Below, piece by piece: positions 19,392 through 29,152 of a stretch of 64,000 nt of DNA; the first letter of the stretch is position 1; each line of letters starts with the position of its first letter. The stretch covers positions 22,077 to 86,076 of the forward strand of contig CAKQHB010000003.1 in NCBI GenBank assembly GCA_934234215.1, written 5' to 3'. The translations under genes were made by a program, and so were the position numbers. Source of the stretch: an uncultured Cuneatibacter sp. Lineage in GTDB: Bacteria; Bacillota; Clostridia; Lachnospirales; Lachnospiraceae. The notes beneath the pieces were generated by a model. That model was not told where the DNA came from. It was given only the letters and a program-made list of their open reading frames with translations, and searched no databases.

Positions 19392-21062
19392 TTATTCTAC
19401 GGACATAATGTAATAATATACGGGCTGACCGCCGAAATGTACTTCTACATCACAGCTGTCAAACTTCTCTTCTAACTTTGCAGCAAGTACCTGTGCCTGC
19501 TCTTCGGTCGTCTCAGCGCCATAGTAAACACTGATCAGCTCAGACTCATCGTCTACCATGCAGCCCAATGTCTCGACTGCAATGTCATCCATATCACGGC
19601 CAACTGCCAGAATACCGGAATCGCCAAGTCCCATAAAGTCGCCCTCATGGATCTCCTTGTCGTCAATGATTGTGTTGCGCACCGCATAAGTAACCTGTGC
19701 GGACTTTACGCGGCGCATCTCACGGGTCATGTTCTCTGCATTCTCCTCCGGAGTGCTCTCTGGGTTAAAGTTGATCGCTGCTGCGATACCCTGCGGTACA
19801 GTGGTGCTGGGGATCACCATGATCTTCTTCTCTTTTGTCAGCTTGCATGCCTGCTCTGCTGCAAGAATGATATTCTTGTTGTTCGGAAGAATGTAGATCG
19901 TCTCTGCGTGAACCTTCTCGATGGCATTCAGCATGTCCTCGGTACTTGGGTTCATAGTCTGTCCACCTTCAATCAGATGATCGATGCCAAGGCTGGTGAA
20001 GATCTCGTTCAGTCCCTCGCCAACGGAAACGGAAATGAATCCGTAAGGCTTCATGGGAATTTCCTCTTCCGGCTCTAATACATCGGGACCGCGATCCTTA
20101 CCGGAATTGCGGAATAAAGTCTCTTTGTGCTCCTCGCGCATGTTGTCGATCTTTAACTTCGTCAGAGAACCGTAGGTCAGCGCCTTCTGGATTGCAAGAC
20201 CCGGATCATTGGTGTGAACGTGGATCTTTACAATATCGTCATCGGCAACGCAAACGATAGAATCACCGATAGACTCCAGATATGCCTTCATCTCTCTCTC
20301 ATCTGCGGAGGAGAACTCTTTCTCTAACAGAATGATGAACTCGGTGCAATAGCCGAACTTAATATCTGCGGTGTCGATGTTCTCACGGTCTACAGACTGT
20401 GTATTTGCAGCAGGAGCCGGTGCCTCTACAGAAATCGTGATTTCTTTGCCCATGTAGCCGTCAAAAGCACCCTTTAATACCTGCATCAGACCCTGTCCGC
20501 CGGAATCCACAACACCTGCCTGCTTCAAAACCGGCAGCATCTCCGGTGTCTGACCCAGCACATAATCGCCGTGCTCTAAGATCTGCTCCAGAAAGCTCTT
20601 CATATCGGTCTCGCTGACAGCCAGCTCGGCAGCTCTCTCGGAAATTCCTCTGGCAACTGTCAGGATCGTACCTTCCTTCGGCTTCATAACAGCCTTGTAA
20701 GCAGTTTCTGTTGCTCTTGCAAAAGCATTTGCAAGGGTCGGAATATCAATCTGCTCTGCGGTCTTGATCTCCTTGCAGAAGCCTCTGAGTAACTGAGATA
20801 AAATAACACCGGAATTTCCTCTCGCTCCACGCAGGGAACCGGAAGAGATCGCCTTGGAAAGCGTCTCCATCGTAACATCGGTCAGAGCTGTTACTTCTTT
20901 CACTGCGGAAAGAATCGTCAGCGTCATATTCGTACCGGTATCTCCGTCCGGAACCGGGAATACATTCAGATCATTGATCCATTCTTTGTTAGCTTCCAGA
21001 TTCTGTGCGCCTGCAAGAAACATCTTCTTGAGCAGAATCTGATCGATTTGATTGACTGGCAC
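19392..21062 (-). CDS. DAK2-domain fusion protein YloV
   Basis: N-terminal DhaL/DAK2 domain plus C-terminal YloV region. Conserved neighbour of asp23 and recG. Confidence 0.85.
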   Translation of the reverse strand: MPVNQIDQILLKKMFLAGAQNLEANKEWINDLNVFPVPDGDTGTNMTLTILSAVKEVTALTDVTMETLSKAISSGSLRGARGNSGVILSQLLRGFCKEIKTAEQIDIPTLANAFARATETAYKAVMKPKEGTILTVARGISERAAELAVSETDMKSFLEQILEHGDYVLGQTPEMLPVLKQAGVVDSGGQGLMQVLKGAFDGYMGKEITISVEAPAPAANTQSVDRENIDTADIKFGYCTEFIILLEKEFSSADEREMKAYLESIGDSIVCVADDDIVKIHVHTNDPGLAIQKALTYGSLTKLKIDNMREEHKETLFRNSGKDRGPDVLEPEEEIPMKPYGFISVSVGEGLNEIFTSLGIDHLIEGGQTMNPSTEDMLNAIEKVHAETIYILPNNKNIILAAEQACKLTKEKKIMVIPSTTVPQGIAAAINFNPESTPEENAENMTREMRRVKSAQVTYAVRNTIIDDKEIHEGDFMGLGDSGILAVGRDMDDIAVETLGCMVDDESELISVYYGAETTEEQAQVLAAKLEEKFDSCDVEVHFGGQPVYYYIMSVE

Positions 21063-21090
21063 GTCAGGTCCTCCTTAACATACGTTAAAA

Positions 21091-21447
21091 TTAGTCGATC
21101 ACCCGTACACCTTCAACGAAGATGTTGATTTTCTCTACGGTAAGACCGGTAAACTCTTCTACCTTATACTTTACATTGGATACCAGGTTATCTGCAACTG
21201 CAGAAATGCTGACACCATAGGATACGATCACATGGAAATCAATCGTCAGCTTGTTATCATTCAGTGTGACATTGATTCCGTGTGTCAGACTCTCCTTCTT
21301 CAGGAGCTTTACAAGGCCGTCTTTCATACTGATGGCTGCCATACCGACAATACCAAAACACTCGACTGCACAGGTACCGGCATATTTTGCGATCACGTCC
21401 AGGTCGATCATGATGTCGCCCAACTGATTCGTAATGCGTCCTTTCAT
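21091..21447 (-). CDS. Asp23/Gls24-family envelope stress protein (alkaline shock protein)
   Basis: MKGRITNQLGDIMIDLDVIAKYAGTCA... is Asp23-family. Start placed at the internal Met. Confidence 0.8.
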   Translation of the reverse strand: MKGRITNQLGDIMIDLDVIAKYAGTCAVECFGIVGMAAISMKDGLVKLLKKESLTHGINVTLNDNKLTIDFHVIVSYGVSISAVADNLVSNVKYKVEEFTGLTVEKINIFVEGVRVID

Positions 21448-21620
21448 AGAATACCTCCATCTGTCATTCTCTGCACGATCTGAAATGGTTGTGTACAGGA
21501 AATGATTTTTCATCCGTGCGCAACAGGGCACACTAATAAAATTATTATATACTGAAACCGGCGAAAAAGGAATAGTTTTCCGCTTATTTTTTTGTTTTTG
21601 AAAAAAATCGAAAAATGTAC

Positions 21621-21649
21621 TTGCGTTATTGGGAGATATCTGCTATTAT
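21621..21649 (+). promoter_or_regulatory. Putative sigma-A promoter of rpmB (TTGCGT-17-TATTAT)
   Basis: Spacing and sequence seen directly, about 45 nt upstream of the rpmB RBS GGAAGGAGG. Confidence 0.45.
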
Positions 21650-21694
21650 ATCTTTGTTATGCCTGATGGTAAATATACGGAAGGAGGTGCGATC

Positions 21695-21880
21695 ATGGCA
21701 AAGTGTGATATCTGTCAGAAAGATGGCCACTTCGGTAATAATGTCAGCCATTCCCATAGAAGATCTAATCATATGTGGAAGGCCAACGTAAAGTGCGTAA
21801 AGGTTAAAGTGAACGGCGGATCCAAGAGAATGCACGTTTGTACTTCATGCTTGAAGTCCGGTCTGGTTGAGAGAGCATAA
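21695..21880 (+). CDS. rpmB: 50S ribosomal protein L28
   Basis: MAKCDICQKDGHFGNNVSHSHRRSNHMW... is L28. Strong RBS. The ORF-track N-terminal extension is discarded. Confidence 0.92.
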   Translation: MAKCDICQKDGHFGNNVSHSHRRSNHMWKANVKCVKVKVNGGSKRMHVCTSCLKSGLVERA

Positions 21881-21907
21881 TGCACATCGAATGCGCTATG
21901 AATAAGG

Positions 21908-21954
21908 GGCATCGTAGAGTCAGTTTCTGATTCTGCGGTGCCTTTTATTTTTTT
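21908..21954 (+). terminator. Intrinsic terminator of rpmB
   Basis: 15-bp stem (ggcatcgtagagtca / tgattctgcggtgcc, 3 G-U pairs), loop gtttc, followed by TTTTATTTTTTT. Confidence 0.7.
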
Positions 21955-22019
21955 ATAGGAAATTGCGCTGCATTTCCTATGACGCAAAAAAGCGCTCCGC
22001 GTGGATCGCACTGCGGCGG
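21952..22019 (+). repeat. Truncated copy B of terminator-abutting structured repeat (AT-rich palindrome tataggaaattgcgctgcatttcctat plus linker plus 5' arm of GC hairpin)
   Basis: About 68 nt, nearly identical to the start of the element at 49035-49162. Begins inside the rpmB terminator T-tract. Confidence 0.75.
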
Positions 22020-22110
22020 AAAAGCAAAAAGAGTAATCCTCTAAAACTGGTACAATTGTTTTATACGGATTACTCTTTTCGCATTTGCGGAGTGTTTCTC
22101 TCGATTAAGT

Positions 22111-22248
22111 TTAACATCGAAACATATGATAGCCGACAAGCATGAGTCCAAGGATGAGAAAGCTGGTATAAAAACGAATGGGAAACAGGATCATAAGTCC
22201 CATGCCGAAGCCAATACAAAACAGCATTAAACCAATCTTTCGTTTCAT
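22111..22248 (-). CDS. Possible 44-aa hydrophobic peptide (MKRKIGLMLFCIGFGMGLMILFPIRFYTSFLILGLMLVGYHMFRC)
   Basis: Hand-translated. Sits just downstream of ytfJ on the same strand. Weak RBS. Below the ORF-track size cutoff. Confidence 0.3.
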   Translation of the reverse strand: MKRKIGLMLFCIGFGMGLMILFPIRFYTSFLILGLMLVGYHMFRC

Positions 22249-22318
22249 TATTACTTCTGCTTTCCAGAACATAAATGCTTACTATATTTCTATGCTGAGA
22301 ACTCTTTCACTAGACGAA

Positions 22319-22735
22319 TTAAATTAAGTCGCTGTCACCGGAGGTTTTGATGTCCTGCACTGCGGCATCGACATCGGGATCTTCGTCTTTGCCGGTGAAT
22401 TTATTGATGATGTCCGGCACGATGTCTAACAGACGACTGACAGAATCCCGGTCTTTGATGTTGATGACACGGGTGGTGCCGTCTTTCATAACAAGAACTG
22501 CGGACGGGGAGATCTTGCCGGTCACGCCGCCTGCACCGCTGTTCTTGCCGGGCTTTGTGAATGCGCCTGCGCCCATGCCGAACTGCACATCTGCCAACGG
22601 CAGAATGGTCGCATCTTTCACGGTGATCGGCTCACCCACAACGGTCTTTGTGGACAGATACAGGTTCAGATTTTTCATCAGAGTCTCTACTGTCTCATTC
22701 AAGGTCAATTTTTCTTTTTCCATTGCTTCCTCCAT
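22319..22735 (-). CDS. ytfJ: Sporulation protein YtfJ (GerW family)
   Basis: PLADVQFGMGAGAF...GAGGVTGKISPSAVLVMKDG matches the GerW/YtfJ family. Confidence 0.85.
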   Translation of the reverse strand: MEEAMEKEKLTLNETVETLMKNLNLYLSTKTVVGEPITVKDATILPLADVQFGMGAGAFTKPGKNSGAGGVTGKISPSAVLVMKDGTTRVINIKDRDSVSRLLDIVPDIINKFTGKDEDPDVDAAVQDIKTSGDSDLI

Positions 22736-22742
22736 TCTGCCA

Positions 22743-23705
22743 TCAGGCTTCCTGTTTCCATTTTTTCAGAACAGCCCGCACAAAGCGGACATTGCGGCTG
22801 AACAATACCTGAAGCACATTCAGGAGCAGCCAGCCCGGAATGATTCTTCCGGATAAATTCAGGCTGCCGTCCAGCACCTTTTCCTCGTAGTCTGGTTCAA
22901 ACTCCACTTGTTCTCCGTACAGAGGATAGAGCATAGAGGCAAACACGAGAATCTGTCCCATCAATCCCGGACTGTCCGGAAAACCAATATGAATCCATCC
23001 CTGCATCCGACGGGGGCGTATGTGTTGCAAAATTCTCCAGATATTGCGCTTCACGAGACGAATCGCTGCCTGCGTCCGCTCATGGAAAAGAAGTTTCTTT
23101 CCTTTTTCCAGCTTTTCCTGGGCATCCTCGTATCGCTCGTGCAAGGAGGTATACGTTTCTTTTATGCGTTCAACCAGAGCATACACACACTCTTTCAAAC
23201 TTTTCTTTTCGGTCTCAGGCTTCTTTTTTGCATCCGGATCCTGCACCGGACTTTTACCGGCTGTCGCTGCTTTCTGCTCGCTGTGCGGATCAGGAGAAGA
23301 CTTTCTGGAAGTGGCTTCGTGCTTCTCTTCTACTGCTGCGGCCGGGAGCTCTTTTGGTTCTTCCGAAGAAGACTTCGGGGACTCCACGGATTCTGAAGAC
23401 ACCTCGTCCTTTTCTTCCTCCCCGGAGTGTCCTGCTCCGAGGGGGATTTCTTTTTTGAAAAGAGGAATTCCTACAAGCCGTAGGCAAATCTGTAGTTTCC
23501 GATCTGCGAAGATGATTCCGGCATACACCAAATGAAACAGCCAGGAGACCGTTCCGTTTGCATGGATCTGATCGCTTTGCTTGTCTGCGGTGAGTCGGTA
23601 GCGCAGTGGGACAAATAAAATGAGCAGAACCAGCAACAACAGCAAAAGCAGGATTCCCAGAAGCAGCATGCCGATCCCTTTTAGAATCCATCCCAGTATC
23701 TTCAT
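22743..23705 (-). CDS. DUF2953-family sporulation-associated membrane protein (YtfI-like) with a long Ser/Glu/Lys-rich insert
   Basis: N-terminal TM (LLLGILLLLLLLVLLILFVPLRYRL). Conserved partner of ytfJ. C-terminal core resembles YtfI. Confidence 0.65.
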   Translation of the reverse strand: MKILGWILKGIGMLLLGILLLLLLLVLLILFVPLRYRLTADKQSDQIHANGTVSWLFHLVYAGIIFADRKLQICLRLVGIPLFKKEIPLGAGHSGEEEKDEVSSESVESPKSSSEEPKELPAAAVEEKHEATSRKSSPDPHSEQKAATAGKSPVQDPDAKKKPETEKKSLKECVYALVERIKETYTSLHERYEDAQEKLEKGKKLLFHERTQAAIRLVKRNIWRILQHIRPRRMQGWIHIGFPDSPGLMGQILVFASMLYPLYGEQVEFEPDYEEKVLDGSLNLSGRIIPGWLLLNVLQVLFSRNVRFVRAVLKKWKQEA

Positions 23706-24025
23706 CCGGAAAACCTCTCCTGCTTAAAATATTTTTTGACCTGAAGATCGCCGGCAGCTGCCCACACATCTTCGAGAATGTGCTGGATGATTTCGATTGC
23801 CTCGGGTTCTCCGAGGGCAATGCCAACGATCTTTGGATCGGCGTCCTGCATCCACGGCATCAACAACTGCCAGGAAGGATAATATTCCAACAGATCCGAC
23901 TCTGTCTGTGCCAATGCAATAATCCAGGTGTCCGGCAGAATCTCCTGATTTTTGATCTGCTGAACTCTTTTTTTGTAAGTGCGGCTTTTGCCGTCACCAT
24001 AATACAACGTCTGATACCACTTCAT
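23702..24025 (-). CDS. Hypothetical 107-aa protein
   Basis: No recognised motif. Start overlaps ytfI by ATGA. Confidence 0.5.
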   Translation of the reverse strand: MKWYQTLYYGDGKSRTYKKRVQQIKNQEILPDTWIIALAQTESDLLEYYPSWQLLMPWMQDADPKIVGIALGEPEAIEIIQHILEDVWAAAGDLQVKKYFKQERFSG

Positions 24026-24037
24026 GTGGCGGCTCCT

Positions 24038-25486
24038 TTACTCCTCCCGCAGGAAGGACTCCAGAATCTCAACGCAGGCTGTTTTTTCTGCCGCATCCTT
24101 GCAGTTTACAAGGCTGGAAGAAATATATTCCCGCAGCTCTTCGTAGGTCATCAGAAACGGCGGAAGGAAGGTCAGAATCTTTGCCATCACCGCACGCATC
24201 CGATATTTCGGGATTTCGTGGAACGAATCTTTTAATTCGGTATAAAGTGCTGCAAACTGCTCCTGCAGATAGCTCTCAGTGCAGGGATCTTTTGCGTCCT
24301 TTGCATCTTCTAACTCAACATACAGGCTGCCGGACATCAGACGGCTGATGTAATCCAGTTTGTGATAGATCTTATCCAGCATCAGGTTTTCAATCCGGCT
24401 GTTGTTTGTCTCAGTGATCTCATTTAGAGAAGAAATACCTGCCTGCCAGGAACCTGCGATCTGCTCCTGCTTGCCCTCCAGTGCTTCAAACAGCTGATAA
24501 ACAGATTCTTCCACCGGATCACAGCCACCTGCTGCAAACAGCCCGGAAACAGCACCAAGGATCTCACCGATCCGTTGCTTTTCTTCTACTTCTGCCATTG
24601 CATAGGGCAGAGCCAACAACTGTACATACAAATCATTCACCAGCTCCGTCAAAAGAGAGGTCAGGCTGATGAGCTGCTGCAGGCGCTCACCGTCCTGCTT
24701 CATCTGGTGCTGCAGCTGCTCAAACTGCGCAGCGTCCAGATTTTCATAATCTGCATTCTGGAGGATCTGAATGCCCTCATAGAGTACGGTGTAATCCTCT
24801 TTCAGATGAGCCGGCTCCGTCAGAAGAGCACTTGTCCGGATCATGTATAAAATGTCGTCCAGACTCTTCTTCTCGCCGCCCTTGTAGATTGTCAGACCAC
24901 TCTCTAAAATCTGGAAGAAGCGGCTTCTTGTCATACGCATCGGCAGCTGTTCGATGACCTGTGTGCATTTCATGCGCATGAGCTGTTTATCGGATGTGAT
25001 ATACGCCATCAGTGCGTTTGTCAGCGTGTCGTCGTCATAATGATCGGGCAGGGTTGCTCCGGTGAACAGCGCTTCCTTGCGGTTCAGGCAATATTCATAG
25101 ATCGTGTAACGGTCTGCCAGTGCAGTCAGACTGGTCATGACATCCGTGGTATCTTTTCGCAGCTGATCTACAGCTTGAACCGCCTGCTCCAGCGTCTCGC
25201 CGTCCTGCTCCTCAGAGAGAAGAACGCGCACCTGTTCGTTCAGACTGTCCACTGCTTTCTGAAGCTTTTCCGGCATCCAATCGGAAGTGCCGTCGGAGAA
25301 CTGTTCTGCCTGTGCAAAACTCTTTCTTTCCTGCAGTGCTTCATAAAAAGTGACATAATTCATGACGAAACGCAGAGAGGAAAGTCTATGAGACAGATTC
25401 ATCATCTGATTTCCATAGCCGGAAAGGGAATGATCCAGATCCTTTCCCCGTTCAATGTTCGCAAGATATTGATTTACTGATGGCAT
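24038..25486 (-). CDS. Hypothetical 482-aa all-helical soluble protein
   Basis: No recognisable family. First gene of an apparent operon with the 107-aa ORF, ytfI and ytfJ. Confidence 0.55.
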   Translation of the reverse strand: MPSVNQYLANIERGKDLDHSLSGYGNQMMNLSHRLSSLRFVMNYVTFYEALQERKSFAQAEQFSDGTSDWMPEKLQKAVDSLNEQVRVLLSEEQDGETLEQAVQAVDQLRKDTTDVMTSLTALADRYTIYEYCLNRKEALFTGATLPDHYDDDTLTNALMAYITSDKQLMRMKCTQVIEQLPMRMTRSRFFQILESGLTIYKGGEKKSLDDILYMIRTSALLTEPAHLKEDYTVLYEGIQILQNADYENLDAAQFEQLQHQMKQDGERLQQLISLTSLLTELVNDLYVQLLALPYAMAEVEEKQRIGEILGAVSGLFAAGGCDPVEESVYQLFEALEGKQEQIAGSWQAGISSLNEITETNNSRIENLMLDKIYHKLDYISRLMSGSLYVELEDAKDAKDPCTESYLQEQFAALYTELKDSFHEIPKYRMRAVMAKILTFLPPFLMTYEELREYISSSLVNCKDAAEKTACVEILESFLREE

Positions 25487-25505
25487 AATCCTTTTTTACT
25501 CCTTG

Positions 25506-26795
25506 TTACTTTTTCTTGTCCGGTGCTTTTTTCACCGGGGCGGATTCTGCGGTGCGGCGCACCAGATCCAGTGCACGGATCACCGTCTGTTCCCGTACTT
25601 TTGCCCGGTTGCCGTTAAATACATGGCGTTCTACCGTGACTTCCTCACCGCAGGCACATGCGATATAGACAAGTCCTACGGGCTTTTCCGGAGTGCCGCC
25701 GTCCGGGCCGGCAATTCCGGTGACTGCAACAGCGATGTCCGCTTTTGCAGCATCCGCTGCGCCAAATGCCATTTCACAGGCAGTTTCTTCGCTGACAGCG
25801 CCATATTCCTTTAAAGTAGACTTCTTGACATGCAGTCTGCGGTGCTTTGCCTGATTGGAATAGGTGACAGCAGCCTCGTAAAAGACATCGGAAGCACCGG
25901 CAACATTGACAATGCGACCGGCAATCAGACCACCGGTACAGGATTCTGCGGTTGTCAGTGTCATGCCTTTCTTTTTCAGAAGGCATACAACCGCTTCCTC
26001 CAGAGTTTCATTTTCTTTGGTCGTGTAAATAGCAGCGCCAAAGCGCTTTTTCAATTCTTTTAAAAGCGGCTTTTTCAGCTCTTTTGCTTCCTTCTTTGTG
26101 GGAGCGGCTGCGGTGACGCGGAAATGAACCTCCGATGTCTTGGCATAAGGGGCAATGGTGGGATTGGTCTGCTTGTCGATCAAATCCAAAATCATCGTCT
26201 CCGCCTCGCTTTCTCCGATACCACAAACCTTTACCATATCGGAGACGAGAACCATCGACTGTTTTTTCTTCAGCCACGGCACAACTTTCTTTTCAAACAT
26301 GGGCAGAAGCTCATTGGGCGGACCGGGCAGCAAAATAGCGGTATGTCCTTCCGGAATCAGATCACTCTTTTTGGCAGTAAGCAGCAGTCCGGGAGCGGTT
26401 CCGTTGTCGTTTTCCAGAATTTTGGCTCCTTCCGGCACCATTGCCTGACGCCAGTTGTTATCCGGAGCCGTTCTGCCGGTGCGGGCAAAATAATCCTCAA
26501 TCCGCTTTTTCGTGGTGGAGTCTTCGGACAACTGCCAGCCGAACACCTCCGCGGTCATCTCGCGGGTAATATCATCCTCTGTGGGTCCGAGACCGCCGGT
26601 TAAGATCACAAGTTCCACACGGTTTAATGCGGTGCGGACAGCGTCTTTCAGGCGTTCCGGATTATCCCCCACAACAGACTGATACAGGACCGGATAGCCA
26701 AGTCCGGTCAATTGCTTTGCTAAATACTGCGCATTGGTATTGACAATATTGCCCATGAGCAGCTCGGTTCCTACTGAGATCAGTTCAACGTCCAT
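25506..26795 (-). CDS. cinA: Competence/damage-inducible protein CinA (MocF-like plus NMN amidohydrolase PncC domains)
   Basis: MDVELISVGTELLMGNIVNTNAQYLA is the CinA N-terminus. C-terminal PncC domain is present. Confidence 0.9.
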   Translation of the reverse strand: MDVELISVGTELLMGNIVNTNAQYLAKQLTGLGYPVLYQSVVGDNPERLKDAVRTALNRVELVILTGGLGPTEDDITREMTAEVFGWQLSEDSTTKKRIEDYFARTGRTAPDNNWRQAMVPEGAKILENDNGTAPGLLLTAKKSDLIPEGHTAILLPGPPNELLPMFEKKVVPWLKKKQSMVLVSDMVKVCGIGESEAETMILDLIDKQTNPTIAPYAKTSEVHFRVTAAAPTKKEAKELKKPLLKELKKRFGAAIYTTKENETLEEAVVCLLKKKGMTLTTAESCTGGLIAGRIVNVAGASDVFYEAAVTYSNQAKHRRLHVKKSTLKEYGAVSEETACEMAFGAADAAKADIAVAVTGIAGPDGGTPEKPVGLVYIACACGEEVTVERHVFNGNRAKVREQTVIRALDLVRRTAESAPVKKAPDKKK

Positions 26796-26815
26796 GTCTG
26801 ATTTCTCCCTGTTTT

Positions 26816-27361
26816 TTATTCGTCTTTCATGACAAACCAGTTTTTATACAGATAGTCTGCCAGTGAAATCACAGTCAGTACCAGTGATGCGTATACCAAA
26901 ATCTGCTGCAGCCAGTAGAAGAAAGCACCGGGCAGACTGGCAATGACAACGCATACCATTACCATCTGACAGATTGTCTTGCTCTTGCCCCACCAGGATG
27001 CGGCGAGAACCACACCCTTGTCTGATGCAACAAGACGAAATCCACTGATGACAAATTCTCTTGCAATGATAATCAAAACGATCCAGGTGGGGATCGCCTG
27101 TGTGTGCACAAAGCAGATCAGCGCGGAGCACACCAGCAGCTTATCTGCCAACGGGTCCATAAATTTTCCGAAGTTCGTGATCAGCTTGTACTTTCTTGCA
27201 AGATAGCCGTCTAAGGTATCCGTCAGGCCGGCAACGATAAAGATACCAAGCGCGACATATTTCTGACCGGCAAATCCGAAATCAGCCAGCATAAACAGTA
27301 CAAAAAACGGTACAAGGATCACACGCAGCATGGTCAGTTTATTTGGAAGATTTAATTTCAT
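26816..27361 (-). CDS. pgsA: CDP-diacylglycerol--glycerol-3-phosphate 3-phosphatidyltransferase
   Basis: DTLDGYLARKYKLITNFGKFMDPLADK is the CDP-alcohol phosphatidyltransferase motif. Confidence 0.9.
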   Translation of the reverse strand: MKLNLPNKLTMLRVILVPFFVLFMLADFGFAGQKYVALGIFIVAGLTDTLDGYLARKYKLITNFGKFMDPLADKLLVCSALICFVHTQAIPTWIVLIIIAREFVISGFRLVASDKGVVLAASWWGKSKTICQMVMVCVVIASLPGAFFYWLQQILVYASLVLTVISLADYLYKNWFVMKDE

Positions 27362-28686
27362 AAGATCAACTCTCCAATCAGATCATATTCTTCTGCTCCG
27401 GTCACGCGAACACGGACGAAATCGCCGCTCATCAGCGCTTCGCCAGTCTGTACGAACAGATATCCGTCCACACCCGGCGCATCCATATAGGTACGGGCAA
27501 CATAAGCAGCCTCATCGGCTACCTTTCCTTCGATCATGACGGTCAGTTCTTTTCCGATCATCTCCTGTCCGAGGTCGTAAGAGACTTCCTGCTGAAGCTC
27601 CATAATCTCATCCCGCCACTGCTCTTTCGTCTCTTCCGGCACCTGATCTGGCATCTCAGCCGCAGGGGTTCCCTCTTCCGGCGAGTACGTGAAGACGCCA
27701 AGCCGTGTGAACTCCATTTCATTGACAAATGCCATCATCTTTTCATGGTCTTCCTCGGTCTCACCGGGGAAGCCTGTGATCAGTGTCGTGCGAAGTGCAA
27801 TATCCGGAATCTCCTCCCGAAGAGTTCCGATGATGCGGCGCAGATCTGCCTCAGAGGTCTTACGTCCCATCCGGCCGAGAATCCGATCCGAGCAGTGCTG
27901 AATCGGAATATCGAGATAATCGCAGACCTTCGGCTCTGCCTTGATCGTCTGGATCAGCTCGTCCGTGATTTCCTCCGGATAACAGTACAAAATACGGATC
28001 CAGTAAATGCCTGAAATCTCAGCAAGGCGATGCAGCAACTCCGGCAGAGATTTCTTTCCATACAGATCCGTGCCGTACACCGTCGTCTCCTGTGCAACAA
28101 GAATCAGCTCTCTGACACCGGAAGCAGCAAGATCCCGGGCTTCCTTGAGTAAATCTTCCATCGGCACACTGCGGAAATCACCGCGCACCTTCGGGATGAT
28201 ACAGTAAGTACAGTGCTTGTCACAGCCCTCTGCGATCTTCAGATAAGCGTAATAGCCGCCTGTAGTGACAACACGGCCAGCCTCTGAGCGGGGCATCTCC
28301 CGCAGATCATGGAAAATCTCCGGCTTTGTCTGCTTCTTTTCCGCTTCTTCCACCAGATCCACGATATCCTGCCAGGAATTTGTTCCGAGAATACCGTCTG
28401 CTTCCGGAAGTTCTTTCAGAAGCTCATCCTGATAGCGCTGCGCCAGACATCCGGTCACAAGAAGGAGCTTGCAGTTTCCCTCTTCCTTCATGCGTCCCAT
28501 CTCGATAATTGTCTGGATGCTCTCTTCCTTGGCATCGCCGATGAAACAGCAGCTATTGACAACAATCACTTCCGCTTCGGTCTCATCGTCGGTAAACGTA
28601 TGTCCTTTTTGCTGCAGCAGTCCCAACATCTTTTCGGTATCCACCAGATTCTTGTCGCAGCCCAGTGACACAAACATAATTTTCAT
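27358..28686 (-). CDS. rimO: Ribosomal protein S12 methylthiotransferase RimO
   Basis: MTTase N-domain, radical-SAM CxxxCxxC (CTYCIIP) and TRAM domain. Confidence 0.9.
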   Translation of the reverse strand: MKIMFVSLGCDKNLVDTEKMLGLLQQKGHTFTDDETEAEVIVVNSCCFIGDAKEESIQTIIEMGRMKEEGNCKLLLVTGCLAQRYQDELLKELPEADGILGTNSWQDIVDLVEEAEKKQTKPEIFHDLREMPRSEAGRVVTTGGYYAYLKIAEGCDKHCTYCIIPKVRGDFRSVPMEDLLKEARDLAASGVRELILVAQETTVYGTDLYGKKSLPELLHRLAEISGIYWIRILYCYPEEITDELIQTIKAEPKVCDYLDIPIQHCSDRILGRMGRKTSEADLRRIIGTLREEIPDIALRTTLITGFPGETEEDHEKMMAFVNEMEFTRLGVFTYSPEEGTPAAEMPDQVPEETKEQWRDEIMELQQEVSYDLGQEMIGKELTVMIEGKVADEAAYVARTYMDAPGVDGYLFVQTGEALMSGDFVRVRVTGAEEYDLIGELIL

Positions 28687-28759
28687 ATAACTATTTTCTC
28701 CATCCTAATCCAGAAAACGAAGAGGCTTCCAATGAAAGTCCCTTCGTTCCCCAAATTTC

Positions 28760-29086
28760 TTATTCCTCAGTTGCTTCCTCTGCAGCAGTCTCTTCTTCTG
28801 CGGCTTCTTCGGTCTCTTCTACAGCAGTCTCAACAGTCTCCACTTCTGCTTCGTCCCCATCCCGCAGAATCTGTACTTCGGACTTCTCTAATTCCTCAAC
28901 TGCGATGGACAGCGGCTTCTTGCCCTCTGCATCTGCTACGCGAGGCTCATCGCCGGATACGATCTGTCTGGCTCTCTTTGCGGCTGCCAGTACGATAGAG
29001 TAACGGCTTGTAACGATCGGCTCCTCTCCGGCTTCTACGTTCTTATTTGCGGTTGCGATCAGGTCATTATAAGACGGATGTAACAT
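28760..29086 (-). CDS. rpoZ: DNA-directed RNA polymerase subunit omega with acidic C-terminal tail
   Basis: MLHPSYNDLIA...RYSIVLAAAKRARQI matches RpoZ. Confidence 0.85.
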   Translation of the reverse strand: MLHPSYNDLIATANKNVEAGEEPIVTSRYSIVLAAAKRARQIVSGDEPRVADAEGKKPLSIAVEELEKSEVQILRDGDEAEVETVETAVEETEEAAEEETAAEEATEE

Positions 29087-29152
29087 AATTTTTCCTCCAG
29101 AATTTTATTCTTTTTATTTATGGAACGATATCGCTATCGTCGTTTGCTGAAA

